DNA of 63,640 nucleotides, counting the filler, from Lenisia limosa (taxonomy: Eukaryota > Protista > Breviatea): NCBI GenBank assembly GCA_001655205.1. It is 17 parts of 17 records of this genome, joined end to end, with 100 filler letters (N's around TTAATTAATTAA, not from the genome) between each part and the next. Parts side by side here need not be neighbours in the genome. Positions count along the whole stretch, not along the records: positions 22,567 to 25,419 come from LPNZ01004002.1; positions 25,520 to 26,998 come from LPNZ01001158.1; positions 27,099 to 30,433 come from LPNZ01004057.1; positions 30,534 to 31,751 come from LPNZ01007052.1; positions 31,852 to 35,574 come from LPNZ01002996.1; positions 35,675 to 38,235 come from LPNZ01000980.1; 11 more parts are not named here. One strand, given 5' to 3'. Positions 22,782-36,339 of this stretch are shown piece by piece. The notes beneath the pieces were generated by a model. It saw only the letters and a program-made list of their open reading frames with translations. It searched no databases and was not told the DNA's origin. The position numbers and the translations under genes are program-made. Each line of letters opens with the position of its first letter. The first letter of the stretch is position 1.

Positions 22782-25061
22782 GAACAGCCCCAGAAATTCG
22801 AAGCCCTGCAAGGGGAAGAGCAACAGCGGGAAGTCAGGTTTGTTTCCATTTGATGATATACTATTATGTGACAGGATGCTTCTGGGCAAAACAATCATGC
22901 ATCTTTTTGAATTTTTAAGCCTGTGCAAGATTTTGGAATTATTTTGATCAGCCTTATTTTTATTCTTATAATGCAGCCTCCACAGTTCACTCCAACACCC
23001 CCATCCGGACAGCGGACAGACAAATCCCCATACAGGTGTGTGTTAGATACTAATAATATTAATATGGGACCTTAGTTTGACTTGAAAGCAACGTAGTATG
23101 TATGTATTCATCATTGTAATCCTTGATGTTCCAGGTCTCAAGAACCGCCAAGAGTGCAACGAAGGAATTCCGTGGTCTTGGATCCCTCCAATCAGGTGAG
23201 GCTTTCCCCATCATATCCGTTCTGCTACCTATGATCAGTAGTTTACCAAAAGTGTTTGATTAAAGGAGCTCTTGATACGGGGACTCGTATCATCTGGAAT
23301 GTCTTATGACAACTTAGGATCAGCCGGCGCCAACGCGCATTGTTCGCGTGCAGCCCGCTGATTCAAGACGACGAATGAGCATCATTGAGAATAAGGTCGG
23401 TTATTGACCGGGGAATCTGTTTCCTTTATTCGCAAGAGTTTTTCATGAACATCCTTCATTTGTATTCTTCTTAGTGACATGATATATGATAATTCTTCAC
23501 CCTTCAATGGCTATACTCACAAGATAGATTGCGGCTAAGTCTGATGACGTTGTACCGGTTCTAACCCGGAGAGGTAGCATCAGCCGCCAGGACTCTGTAG
23601 GTTATGGACTTTGTTCTTGTGTGTTTTAGTCAAAGAGCAGCAGATATCTATATGATATGCTATATACATGTATAGTATAGCATATCACACCGTCCATATA
23701 TCTGTGAATTTTCCTTTATCTGTGATATTTTTGAAATTTACGGAAAAATTTGCTAAAAATATGGCAAATAACTAAGAGAATTGTCATNNNNNNNNNNNNN
23801 NNNNNNNNNNNNNNNNNNNNNNNNNNNNNNNNNNNNNNNNNNNNNNNNNNNNNNNNNNNNNNNNNNNNNNNNNNNNNNNNNNNNNNNNNNNNNNNNNNNN
23901 NNNNNNNNNNNNNNNNNNNNNNNNNNNNNNNNNNNNNNNNNNNNNNNNNNNNNNNNNNNNNNNNNNNNNNNNNNNNNNNNNNNNNNNNNNNNNNNNNNNN
24001 NNNNNNATTAGCTAAATGATATTTTATAGTATATCATAAATTACATAGCAATATTATGGTAAATCACAAAATTATTTTACTTCATGAGAAACACTTTCAT
24101 ATATATTTAATTATATCCTCATGATTATCAGAGTGAAAGACGTCTGAGCTTCTCAAGTCGAGGGGGGTCCTCAACGGACCATCTTGCCATGACCGCATTG
24201 GCAACAAAAAATCACGAGGCTAAGAACCAGGCAGTACCATGTTAGAGGAGTTGTTGCCCTTTCCATTGTGTCTTCTTTTTCGATAACCATAACATTGATC
24301 TGCACGTGCTCTGTGTTTTTTTTTTTTTTAGATTGCGCCTTACGTTTTCTCACATTGCAGCCCTCCGAACAAGCACCCCCAAGAAGCCTACTTTGGAACG
24401 AAGGCCTTCTGTTGTCCATGTGGGCAGACCTTTATCATATTATCGTGGATTTTTCGAGAAATTCAGTCCTTTTTGGGACCGTAGGCAAGCCCTATATACC
24501 AGTCAATCAAAGCTTTCCAAGTTTCCTAACCCGTTCTCCCATTCAACATACAACTTATTATCACAGAGGCAAAAAACGGTACAGGAAATTGACGATTTTC
24601 TTGCCAATCTCTCTGAAGGTTTGAGGTTTTGAGATGGAATAATGTCGAAATTATTCAAGGCTGAGACTCGGTATAGAAAGGATACCATTTTTGTCAGTTG
24701 TAATTCATTTCCCCACTCCTTGATTAAACAGAAGAAGACGAGGAGTTTGACAAGATCTTGTTGACACCCACAGTCGATGTTGGAGAAACCTACTCAGCTG
24801 AGGGAGAAACTGAGGTAAGGAAGACTTCATTCTTTTCATATTGTTACCTCTTTCACTTATTTGTTTCCGTCGTCTGACAAGACAGGTGAACGGAATGACC
24901 CTACCCAAATGGATTGTTCAGGTTTGTGGCAGTTATAAACATCATGAATGGCTTTTATTTCTCATTTCTACATAAGCTCAGATTATTTCTCTCTCTAACG
25001 ATTCCAGGCACTTGAGAAACATAACTCCCAATCTGTACTTGAGACTCCTAAGGCCCCTTAA
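22782..25061 (+). CDS. Multi-exon low-complexity protein rich in R-R-x-S motifs
   Basis: About 10 short AG/GT exons (..PPRVQRRNSVVLDPSNQ; PAPTRIVRVQPADSRRRMSIIENK; IAAKSDDVVPVLTRRGSISRQDSV; ..KPTLERRPSVVH; RQKTVQEIDDFLANLSE; EEDEEFDKILL..). Last exon 25008-25061 ends in TAA. Confidence 0.6.
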
Positions 25062-27100
25062 CCACCACCTGTAATTATTTAATGAGTGCGATACAGTTTT
25101 CCGCAAGTCCGTCTTCGTACATGGTGTCATGAGCCATTGTATCTGTACAGCAACGAACCAAAGTATTATGAAATCACAATCTGATTAGTTCTTAAAGATC
25201 GCGATTATCTATTATCTGCAGCCCCACTCCCTCTCCCAAGAATAGAATTACATCAGAACAATCCCACAACCAGTCATCTGAGGTGAGCAGGGCGGTCCTC
25301 TCCTGTCGGGTCGCCCGCAAGCTTCTCAAACACCACACGCTCGGGGGCCTAATGGTGAAGTAAAAAGGACGTCACGGGAATTTAAAACAAATGCAGGAAA
25401 TCGGTCCAATGAAACATGANNNNNNNNNNNNNNNNNNNNNNNNNNNNNNNNNNNNNNNNNNNNTTAATTAATTAANNNNNNNNNNNNNNNNNNNNNNNNN
25501 NNNNNNNNNNNNNNNNNNNCCTGAGGTGTGAAGGGCAGCAAACAGTGAGTGTATAGCAAACACTGTGTGTATACAGTGACAGGGATAAGTCTTGACCGAT
25601 TTTCTCTGGGAATTCAAAAAGCAAATCGGTCAAGACTTATCCGGTCTCTGAAAATGTAAATTGATCTATTGTTGAATACCCACCTACTCCACATAAATAT
25701 GTACTTGCATATCCTCCCCACCACACACGTTGGATATCATCCCACGTAAATAACTGGATACCCCCCCCCCCCNNNNNNNNNNNNNNNNNNNNNNNNNNNN
25801 NNNNNNNNNNNNNNNNNNNNNNNNNNNNNNNNNNNNNNNNNNNNNNNNNNNNNNNNNNNNNNNNNNNNNNNNNNNNNNNNNNNNNNNNNNNNNNNNNNNN
25901 NTTTTCCTGTGACAGTAATTACAATTAAAGGCATCTTGCTGATGGAAATGTATCATTAGGAATTCCCCCTATGGTCTGAAAACCTCCGGTAAAATATCGA
26001 TACTTATCTATAGTTATTAAAAAAATCAGTCTTTTTGGGACTGACGGGCATCCCTTTGTATTACGCAACGTCAATTAAAAAAAAAAAAAGCAGATTCAAA
26101 AATGAAGCTGTAATGCCTCAAGTTAACCAACCATATTTTCAGAGAGCAGCTTTCTAAAGTCCTCAACCAGGGTGATTCGGGACACCCGCATGACTTTGTG
26201 CCCCCATTGTGAGAACCTAGGGGATTTGTCAATTATGTTTGATGAAGGCAAATAGCTCTCTTAAGAAATATCATGTTGAACCATTGGGCGGTTGAGGGTA
26301 GTTTTAATAAAAGTTCAATAAGACTCTTTCTGGTATTCCTCACATTAACTGACTATTGGTTTGAAAACAGTATCAACAATAAAAAAAGACACACACACAA
26401 AAAAGACATAACAAAAAAAGCGTTTCCACCAACTGTTTGCAAGTGGAACTGAATTTGACAGATACAACGTCCGATGATTTTGCGACCGAAGCTACTGAGT
26501 AAAGGCGGGCTTNNNNNNNNNNNNNNNNNNNNNNNNNNNNNNNNNNNNNNNNNNNNNNNNNNNNNNNNNNNNNNNNNNNNNNNNNNNNNNGAATGTCTTG
26601 ATAAATCCCCGAAAACTATCGATATTTTCCCGAGTGTTTTCGAACCAAACTGAAGCCCTAAGTGTGATAGTCAAAGACAAATCAAAAGAATGTGAAACAG
26701 CTTTGGTCAGTGTTTTGATTTGAGTGTTATTATCCCTCAACAGAAAAACCCAAGTAAAGAATCATGTAGCAAAAAATATTCGATAAAACTTAATACCCAC
26801 CCACCGCCTTGATTCCCAGAGAGTTTCGACGCGTTTAGCATGATACCCTTTAGGATGTCACTAATGTCGCTACCATGGTCCCACACCCCTTGGACCAGGG
26901 CGGATTCGTCATAACCCTCGCTGATCAATCGATCTAAAATGGGCTGGATTTGTGTGCGCTGAATCGGGTGAGGAGGAAGAGGTTAACATGGCTATGGTNN
27001 NNNNNNNNNNNNNNNNNNNNNNNNNNNNNNNNNNNNNNNNNNTTAATTAATTAANNNNNNNNNNNNNNNNNNNNNNNNNNNNNNNNNNNNNNNNNNNNCT

Positions 27101-29871
27101 GACGGCACTGTATGGCCAGCGTCCTCTGGAAATTTCGAGTTTAGCTCTCCTGCTTCCACAACACAGGGCACATTCACATTCAAAATCACGGTTTATGACA
27201 AACTGGTACGAATTCATAGATTTTACAGGTGTTTTTTCAGATTGAAGTGAAACCCTAGCCAAAATCCTACTTTATTTCACTTCAATCAAACCCCCCTATA
27301 AAATCTCGGTATTTATGGAGGATATATCGAGATGAAACCCTGGTAGTGAGATGCACGAATTTGTAATATGATATTTCTTATCATATCACTACTCTTTTAA
27401 ATATATGTGTTCGATATACTGCTCTATAATACTCTGTGTGTATACTCTTCGCTCTCTTTGCTCACCCCCAAGGATCCCGGGTTCACCACCAGCTACGCTG
27501 TAAATCCAAATGGAGGGACTCCTTATTCGGTTTGTTAGTTAAGGAGAAACACCGTTTAGGTATTATTTGCAGGACATTTATTGAATAATATAGAAATGAA
27601 AGTGTCTGAAATTGTACTAAAAAACATTCGTGTCAGGACTTATCGGTCAGTGTATAAGATGATATGTTCATTGCTGTGTGGATGGGTTAATAATATGTAT
27701 TGTACACAGAGTTGTAAGGAAAATGATTGCGTGAATTAACATTTTACTATCATTCAATATCTCTGATAAGCGTGATGGTGTTGAAGGCTTCGTCTGTTGT
27801 CACCCAANNNNNNNNNNNNNNNNNNNNNNNNNNNNNNNNNNNNNNNNNNNNNNNNNNNNNNNNNNNNNNNNNNNNNNNNNNNNNNNNNNNNNNNNNNNNN
27901 NNNNNNNNNNNNNNNNNNNNNNNNNNNNNNNNNNNNNNNNNNNNNNNNNNNNNNNNNNNNNNNNNNNNNNNNNNNNNNNNNNNNNNNNNNNNNNNNNNNN
28001 NNNNNNNNNNNNNNNNNNNNNNNNNNNNNNNNNNNNNNNNNTTGGGCTTTTTTATTTCATAAATTTTCCAATTTTACCCCTCGCCCCCAGTCACAGTTGG
28101 AGGAGAAATTACAGTTGAGCTTGTTGCCAGGGATTTCACTGAGACAATTCGAGACTTCTCTCCGCTGCTCAGTGACCTTTCTGTTGTTTTAAAGAATGTT
28201 CGGGGAGAGGGGGAGACAATAAGAATGTTCGGGGAGAGGGGGAGACATGACCTTGAACTTGTTTTGAAGAAATTGTTAAGGAGGTCTATTTATTATCACA
28301 TGATATTATAATTCAATATCTCTTATAAGCGTGAGGCTTCGGCCAGATACATCTTTATTTTTATTTTCATTATCACATGACACGATCCGGTATATTTTCA
28401 GTTTATTAAATATTAGGGTAATCACTGGGGCTACGTGCAATTAATTATTTGAGGAAATTTTGACAAAATTTGAAAATAAAGTGTCTGAAATGGGTTCTCG
28501 TTATAATATGTCCAACTTCAAATATTGAAATTAAATATCAATTAACTGCCAGAGCCCGAGTAATCACCATAAAACGTCTTTTGTAGCCTCCATTTTAACC
28601 TATTGATTTAACAAGGCTTCCCAATGGTCTCAAAAAAGTCCGAATTTCTTGATAAATCCTCGATAAATATCGTATTTAATCGCCTTTTAGGACCGTAGGG
28701 AAGCCATACTCACTATACTTAAAATCTGTCCGCATTTCAACCTATTCACTCAAAACCGTTGTATATTCACATTTTGACCATAAGTTAAGACATCCATTAG
28801 AAACCGTCTTATTCACCAATTTGACCTGTTTAGACGGTATCCGACCTTGTCGTTTTCCCAGCAGTTAGTATTCCCCAGACGTTTACTCAGCTCTCTGCCA
28901 CTACGTTACAAGTGGTTGCTACTATACCTGCTGTGGGGGAGGGGTATCGATATTGTGAATTAATTATTTATACATACTATATCAAATAACTCTTATGCTG
29001 GGGAAGCACGCAGAAAGCTGTGTACACAGAGTTGTAACGCGTATTATAATATAATGCAATTACTCTTTTAAACGTGATGGTGCGGACAGCTTCGACCAGA
29101 TATACATGGTTGTTTTTTTCTCATTATCTACTATATATAGACATATCATATGATATATAAAACATGTTATTTGACTTTTTTTGTGTTAATGGTATCCCTC
29201 TGTTCCCATATTTATTTATATAACGTATTGTTCTCAAACGTCACCTTACACTGAAGGCGGCTTCGGGCAATTATCATTTGACCGTCCTCTATCAAACCGA
29301 ACAATGGTACCAATTGTAGGGGGATTAAAATGCTTGAAGTGGTTTAGACTCTACTCACCCCCTCCCCCNNNNNNNNNNNNNNNNNNNNNNNNNNNNNNNN
29401 NNNNNNNNNNNNNNNNNNNNNNNNNNNNNNNNNNNNNNNNNNNNNNNNNNNNNNNNNNNNNNNNNNNNNNNNNNNNNNNNNNNNNNNNNNNNNNNNNNNN
29501 NNNNNNNNNNNNNNNNNNNNNNNNNNNNNNNNNNNNNNNNNNNNNNNNNNNNNNNNNNNNNNNNNNNNNNNNNNNNNNNNGTGTTGTGCCAACTGAGTTG
29601 ATTTGGTCTTTTTGTTTCCTAAATTTTCCAATTTTTCTAACCCCCCACCATATCAAACAGCTTTCTCAGCTCACTTTTTTTAGTCCGGTAGAAACATTCG
29701 AGACATGTCCCCCCGGAAAACCCGGATACTACCTGATGGATGGTGTTGGCCCCTGTGTAGCTTGTCCCGGCGGCACGGTAAATCCCCCCGATGCTGTTGG
29801 CGACTGTACGCCTTGTGCGGAGGGAACTGTTCCGAAGAGTGATGCTTCGGAATGCCTGCCTTGTGAACCTG
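27101..29871 (+). CDS. Putative cell-surface protein with Ig/filamin-like segments and Cys-rich (ephrin-receptor-like/GCC2_GCC3-type) repeats
   Basis: Exons ~27101-27205 (DGTVWPASSGNFEFSSPASTTQGTFTFKITVYDKL), 28091-~28198 (TVGGEITVELVARDF..) and ~29684-29871 (CPPGKPGYYLMDGVGPCVACPGGTVNPPDAVGDCTPCAEGTVPKSDASECLPCEPG, with CxxCxxG repeats). Confidence 0.65.
28614..28705. mobile_element. MITE subfamily C' (TIR GGCTTCCCTACGGTCC)
   Basis: Same core as family C with a different matched TIR pair. Copies near 9740, 24445, 25957, 34097-34155, 38556-38650, 49786-49885 and 61927. Confidence 0.8.
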
Positions 29872-31340
29872 GTATGATGATATACATTTTACTTTTTTTT
29901 TTGTCAAATTACTTTATTTTTGAAACAAAGTGCATTTCAATTACTTGAAAAGTCAATACCACGAGGGTGGCTGGGGTTAAGAGCTGTTGTCTAACTATGA
30001 GGTCCCCTTGTTTTTATAGTCGTGGATGACCCCTCTATTTACTTTAAGCTTTTTTTTTTTTTTTTTTTTTTAANNNNNNNNNNNNNNNNNNNNNNNNNNN
30101 NNNNNNNNNNNNNNNNNNNNNNNNNNNNNNNNNNNNNNNNNNNNNTTGAGCCGAGCATACTGTGTCTGACAATTCCGTTCTGTATATTTTTATCAACAAA
30201 ATAATGTTTTTTTAAAAAGAAACCAGTATCACACCTCAAGTGTGGTATTCCATGTTAAAAATTACCAAGTATACAAGTAATTCTTGGCATTCTTTCAAAT
30301 AAGGAAAGTTCTTCGAAGCAAACTTCCAAGTTAGGAAAGATGTTCCTGTACTACTTACCATATAGGGACGGCTTCGTATGGCTCTTCAGTCTCCTGCTCC
30401 CTTTGTCCAATAGGAACCTTTTCGGAGTCACCANNNNNNNNNNNNNNNNNNNNNNNNNNNNNNNNNNNNNNNNNNNNTTAATTAATTAANNNNNNNNNNN
30501 NNNNNNNNNNNNNNNNNNNNNNNNNNNNNNNNNATCCACGAAGTCAGGCCTCAATCGGGCCGGAAGAGCCGCGAAGCACATGAGCATACCGAGGATGAAC
30601 GAGTGCGACATCTTGAAACAAAAATTAAAGTGTGAGACAACTATGAAACAATAAAGACATAACTCTTTTGGCTAAGCTTTTGAAAACACACGAGGGTTTA
30701 AAACAGGATACTCCATTTCAACAATTCCCCATTACCCCAAAAAATGAAAAAGAGAAACTGGTCCACGAGTATACCCCAAACACCTTGGCAAAGAGGAGAG
30801 GGAGTTGGCGGAGCTCGGGGTTTAAGGTCGAGAGATGCCCTAAATATTACTCATTGAACCAGTATTATTGACAATATTTAAGGTTATTCCCACATTTCTG
30901 TGTCTTATCAATCTAATTTGTTGACCTAATACATGTCATTTTTATAATAAAAAAAAAGATGTTCGAAAGCCTCTCTCACCAGCAGCAAAAATAACAGAGT
31001 TGATAACACACGAGGTTTGGACTGATAGCTTCCTGATGGGTTGATAAATAGGGAAGGCGAATATCTCTAAAAAAATGGTCTGAACACTTGAACCACCCAG
31101 GTTTTTAATTACCTTTANNNNNNNNNNNNNNNNNNNNNNNNNNNNNNNNNNNNNNNNNNNNNNNNNNNNNNNNNNNNNNNNNNNNNNNNNNNNNNNNNNN
31201 NNNNNNNNNNNNNNNNNNNNNNTCCACAATAGGGGCCACGAAAACCGTTGACAGGAACATGTGACTGTCGGACCTGAAGCGTTAATAAGTCTTGAATAAG
31301 TCCATTTGACCCATGTCCATTGGTGATATGATCATACATA

Positions 31341-31426
31341 TACAGTGCCCAGGATAAGTCTTGACCGATTTCCAATGAGATAGATATCCCAAGGAAAATA
31401 TGTCAAAACTTATCCCGGTCACTGTA
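31341..31426. mobile_element. MITE family D, Tc1/mariner-like (TA-CAGTG...CACTG-TA)
   Basis: TACAGTG.CC.GGATAAGTCTTGAC..GTCAA.ACTTATCCCGGTCACTGTA palindrome. Copies at 3920, 5515, 25572-25650, 37689-37764, 42038-42100 and 60083-60132; fragments at 22664, 27630 and 37870. Confidence 0.85.
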
Positions 31427-34400
31427 TTTTAATGACAAAACTGGCTTAGGCTTACATGTAGGTTATAGTTGCGTCACCAGTGTAATAATTGAATGCTCCG
31501 ATCTAAAATCCATAAAAGAATAATTGCCAATATCACAAGTGTCCCAAAGTGACTGAGTCAGAGCGCGACAAATTATCATGAAGGAATCTTCGATTTTGTA
31601 GGTCAAGACTACCACAATAATATCCTATGAAATGTATGATATACTATTATGATATATTGCCGCAACAATTTGCCAAAAAAATAACTTTCGTAAAAACGAT
31701 ATATTAGGTCTTTTTCAGACAAAAGTGAAGCCATATACGACGCAATAACTTNNNNNNNNNNNNNNNNNNNNNNNNNNNNNNNNNNNNNNNNNNNNTTAAT
31801 TAATTAANNNNNNNNNNNNNNNNNNNNNNNNNNNNNNNNNNNNNNNNNNNNGAAAAAGCGTTCGCGTTCATGGGAGTGTTCGCGTTCATGTATAGTCACC
31901 TATATATATATGTATAGATATCACATAATGCGCTATTTGGGGGTATGTCAGGCCATAAATCAAATGTATTATCATATATTATAGTATATGCATATACATT
32001 GGATATGACCACCGCAGGTAAATAATATTCGATTGTGGCATCGGCAGATTTCCTAATAGGTCGAACATCGGTCATGCAAATTATCACGTGCACTCTATAA
32101 CTAATCATCATATTCCAATAAATATCCTGATCGCTATTACCGATACGAATGACTAAAGATTAAGAAATATCGGTTTCAGCAATTATCGCGGTTGAATATG
32201 TATGTGTATTACCAATATGTTGCATGGTATTGTTTAAAACACGTTTACCGGTATTGTAATAATATCACATAGCACATTTGTCCAACCTCTCCATTCAGGA
32301 AGTCTTGATATTTCTCTAGTCGAGAATGTGACGAGGAATACCTTGGTAAATGAATCCATTTCACAATAGAGTTTATAAATCACAGTACTATTATTATACT
32401 CTATAAAATATGTCAACAAAAAATGGAATAAACTGGGCTTGACTCGATTCAAGCTACATGTAAAATATCGATATTCCGTAGATTTAACGAGGATTCAGTA
32501 TTATTTTGGAACTAAAAGCAAATCACCAAAAAAAGCAAATTTGGGATATTTATAACAATGAGCAACTATCGAACCGAACATCCCTCCAACTGGTCGTAGG
32601 CTGCTTCGCCTTCTGTGAGCCGTATTAGCCTGAATCAGTGATGGGAGGATGGGGAGGATCAATGCTATTGGGAAACAGCGTTTAAAGACGAAAGAAGGAC
32701 CACGATTAGTCGCTTCTAAAAAACAAGGAACACTAAAGCCGAAAAGTCGAACAATTAATTTGAAATCACAACAGTTCACTCAACAAACTTTTTCAATGAA
32801 GTTAAGACGTTATTGGTAGCAATACCTGCACCATCCATCAGCCGAGCCCTGGAGAAGGATAAGTACAGATTAAACAACTTGTAGCATGTTCAGTACAGAT
32901 CATATAATTATGTCTGTGTGTGATTTAGAAAATATTCTGAATTTTGAAGTCGGACTTATGTTACTAGAACCACTTTTCAAACTAAACTATTTCAAATAAT
33001 TAATTGCATGGAGTTAATTTGCATGTTTTGGGGTGAGAAAAGACCAGTTCAGATCAACCAGAAAACTTTCAAACATTATGCCAGTTTCTAAAGGAAGATA
33101 CGAAAACTATAATATTTTGTTCTAAAACAGGGCTGTCTGGCCCCAACCAACGCAAGTTTGTCAGCCTGAGTGTTCATTCGTCGGGAGCCGATTTCTGACG
33201 TCACCTCTGTGAGAGAATAAGTAAGATCCAAGATTTCAAACATATGCCATAAATAAGTAGGGGTGCTAATAAGTCTCGGATATCACCAAAAAAAACATGT
33301 GTTCCATGTGGTTATATCTTGGGTGCAATAAAAGGACAGTTTTAGAAAGAAAGAGATGTACATTCCTCAAGGTTGTACCAAGAAACAAACACAAACAAAT
33401 ATCATTCATAGTTGTATCGGGAGACTAAACTATAAGATGAGATGTGGTTTTAAATGGCAGGGGGAGAGTGGTTTGATCAACCTTAAGAAGCCCCTCATAA
33501 ATTGGTATGAATAAATCCCTTCTCTTTAAGTCAACTAAAAAAAGCCCATTCGCCATGAATAACCACAACATTGCCTCCACATTAGGACCAGACCAGAATC
33601 CGACTTAAGGACCCCGGAATTCCATTTCAAAACTCCGAACTCCGACTTAAGGATTCTGAAAGGGGTCTTTTGTCACTTTCTATCATACTAACCTTCAAAA
33701 ATCCACACATTTCTTTAAAAAAATATTTTTTATTCATATTGCACATAAGAAAATGCTAACCCTCCAACACATACCCGAAGAGAATTGTCCGAGTTGAGAC
33801 CCGGCTCTGAACATGAGATACGTCATGAAGGGACTGTCTCGGTTTTCGCCAGACATTGCTGGGGGAGGGGGGAAGAGTAAAAATAGAAAAATAATATACA
33901 AATGAGACCTAGATCAACTCAATTGGCTAAATATTTTTTAAAACATACAAGGATTGAAAACAGCAAACCAAACAAAACCCAGACTAGTCGCTGTGAGGGA
34001 AATGTAAAAGGGAGTGCTGGGGTAGAAATGCGGAGGGGAATGATTAATAAGGAAATAAAAATGAACAAACATAAGAATTCACTTGGCAATATATAGCGCT
34101 TCCCTACGGTCCGGAAAAGTTGAATTCAGTCTTTTTTTGGGACCATAGGGAAGAACTAACAATATAATAAAACTACAATTCCAAATAAAGTCAAAAAAAC
34201 TATTGGAAAAATATAAATATATGAGGAAACTATGATTCCTATGTACAGAATACTATTTTAGTTCTTGTTTTCAAACAAAGATTTGGTCCCTCGGCACATG
34301 AACGCTCTGTGTTTTTAAGGTGAATTCGCCAGCTAATGCGGGTGTTTTATACAGATTATTTATTCACCAATCATTGCACAATTGTAATCAAGATAAATGT

Positions 34401-36339
34401 GTATCTCCATCATCCTACAAGGGGGACGAACAGATGATGCTAAAGTACAGCAACCTCCAATCTAGCCCAAAGAGGGTATGTTTTTTTTTGAATCATTTAC
34501 GTAATTACTTTCAGTGAATGAAGCTCTGATGGTATTACCACCTAGAAGAACAATTTATGTGTGTATGTTATAATATTTTTGTGAAGCTCACATAACTAGC
34601 ATGTCGATTTGAATGTACCACAACTGTATATGATAGCCTTGATGGACACCATTCGAGGCTGGTGTTTTTAATCTTAGCTTGATTTAACCTCCCTCTTGAT
34701 TGATTATTACAATTTTTATAATATAGTAGATATAGCTATGTTATTTAAAAATGTGCTCATAGTTTACAGGCAATACAACCAACAATCACCTTGCTTTTGC
34801 AATGAGGCAACATTATTGAGTGCCACACGTATTTTGCAACAATTCGGCAAACCTGGAGAAACATAACCCATATTTTTATTCTGTGTTATTTATAAACTAA
34901 TTTCTAATTTGGAATATAAAAGAGTCGGGAGAAGAATCACCAACACTCTATCTATCTTCTAATTATAATTACTCAGAGTCAACTCTCCCTGCAAAAATTC
35001 TGATTGTAAAACTTTTGGAAACAAAAGATTTATGAATGATGGTTCTGAGAATATTTTACTGTTCATGTTTGTTGGGCAAGATTTAAAGAACTGATTTGAC
35101 TTGATTCGATGAAATAGTAAAAACTTGTGTTTAACGAGTTCGATGTCTTTAAATTGTGTCGATAGCCGTTAAGCACTTATTGGTTTAGTTGCCAGCTGAG
35201 GAAAAGGAATATGGTGCCCAGGAACTGCTCAATAATTTCTTTCGTATGAGAAACTTGAGTCTTATTTCTGTGATCAGTAGGAATTACATTTGTTTGAAAA
35301 ATGTACTAAGTTGTGCAAGTCAACAATGAGTTCTCTCCATATTTCACAGTTTGCACCTTCTCTTGTTGTCCAGTTGAAACTGTTCGCTCCAGACGGGTAA
35401 AAGAGGGATGTATTTATAGCCCTGGGGGACTCGATTGAGGTCAAAGGACAGCAATACTACGTCCTCCCATTTTTAGCGCATTGTTCAGCTCATTTAATGT
35501 CGCCGTTCCATTCTTCTCTTAAGACTGAAGTTAGGGCAAGGATTGTTTTCTAATAATATATAGTCATCCATGCANNNNNNNNNNNNNNNNNNNNNNNNNN
35601 NNNNNNNNNNNNNNNNNNTTAATTAATTAANNNNNNNNNNNNNNNNNNNNNNNNNNNNNNNNNNNNNNNNNNNNAAAATAAAGATGTATCTGGCCGCAGC
35701 CGTCTACACCTGTAGGCAGAAAGGGCTCCTAGGTTCATCATGTTTAACATGTTTGTTCACGGAAATGAAAGATGTCACCTATTTCATTGGAGGAAAATCG
35801 GGCAAAAATAGAAAACACATAACACAACTCATTGAATGATGACAAGTAAAACCACTCAACAACAACAACAAATAAACAATACCACTATGGCGCCCACTTC
35901 CCTTTTCCCCTTCATACTGCTCTGTTGGTTTAAAGCCTGAGTTTGGCATTGAACTTCACCATAGACAGGCTGAGGAGTGTTGGGGATGTCCAGCATGAAC
36001 GGGAACGAAGACACCATATTGATGATATGTTGAGATGGGATGGTGACACTAAAACTAAAGGTTAAGGGCAGGGTGACACTTGGTAGTGTTGTTTGTGTCG
36101 GATACTGTGCTCAGTAAAGAGACTGTGTTCTTGTGTTTCTTTTGCTCTTTCTTGTGTGCAGCTGGAGTGTGCAGCTGTGTGCAGTCCGGCAGCAGTCCGC
36201 ATCGACACACAATCATGGATGGATTAACCCCCAGATTTTAATCATTTAAAGCTAAAAGCTTGTGAGCTTCGGAACAGTTTCGGAATTAGAATAGAATAGA
36301 AGCTAGCAGCAAGAGCAAAACAAAAGTAAAAGCAAAAGC

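Noticed and set aside
16100-25061. Reassigned stop codons (ciliate- or Blastocrithidia-type code)
   Set aside because: Conserved spliced genes have no in-frame stops, and predicted ends use TAG (16100), TAA (25059) and TGA (5715).
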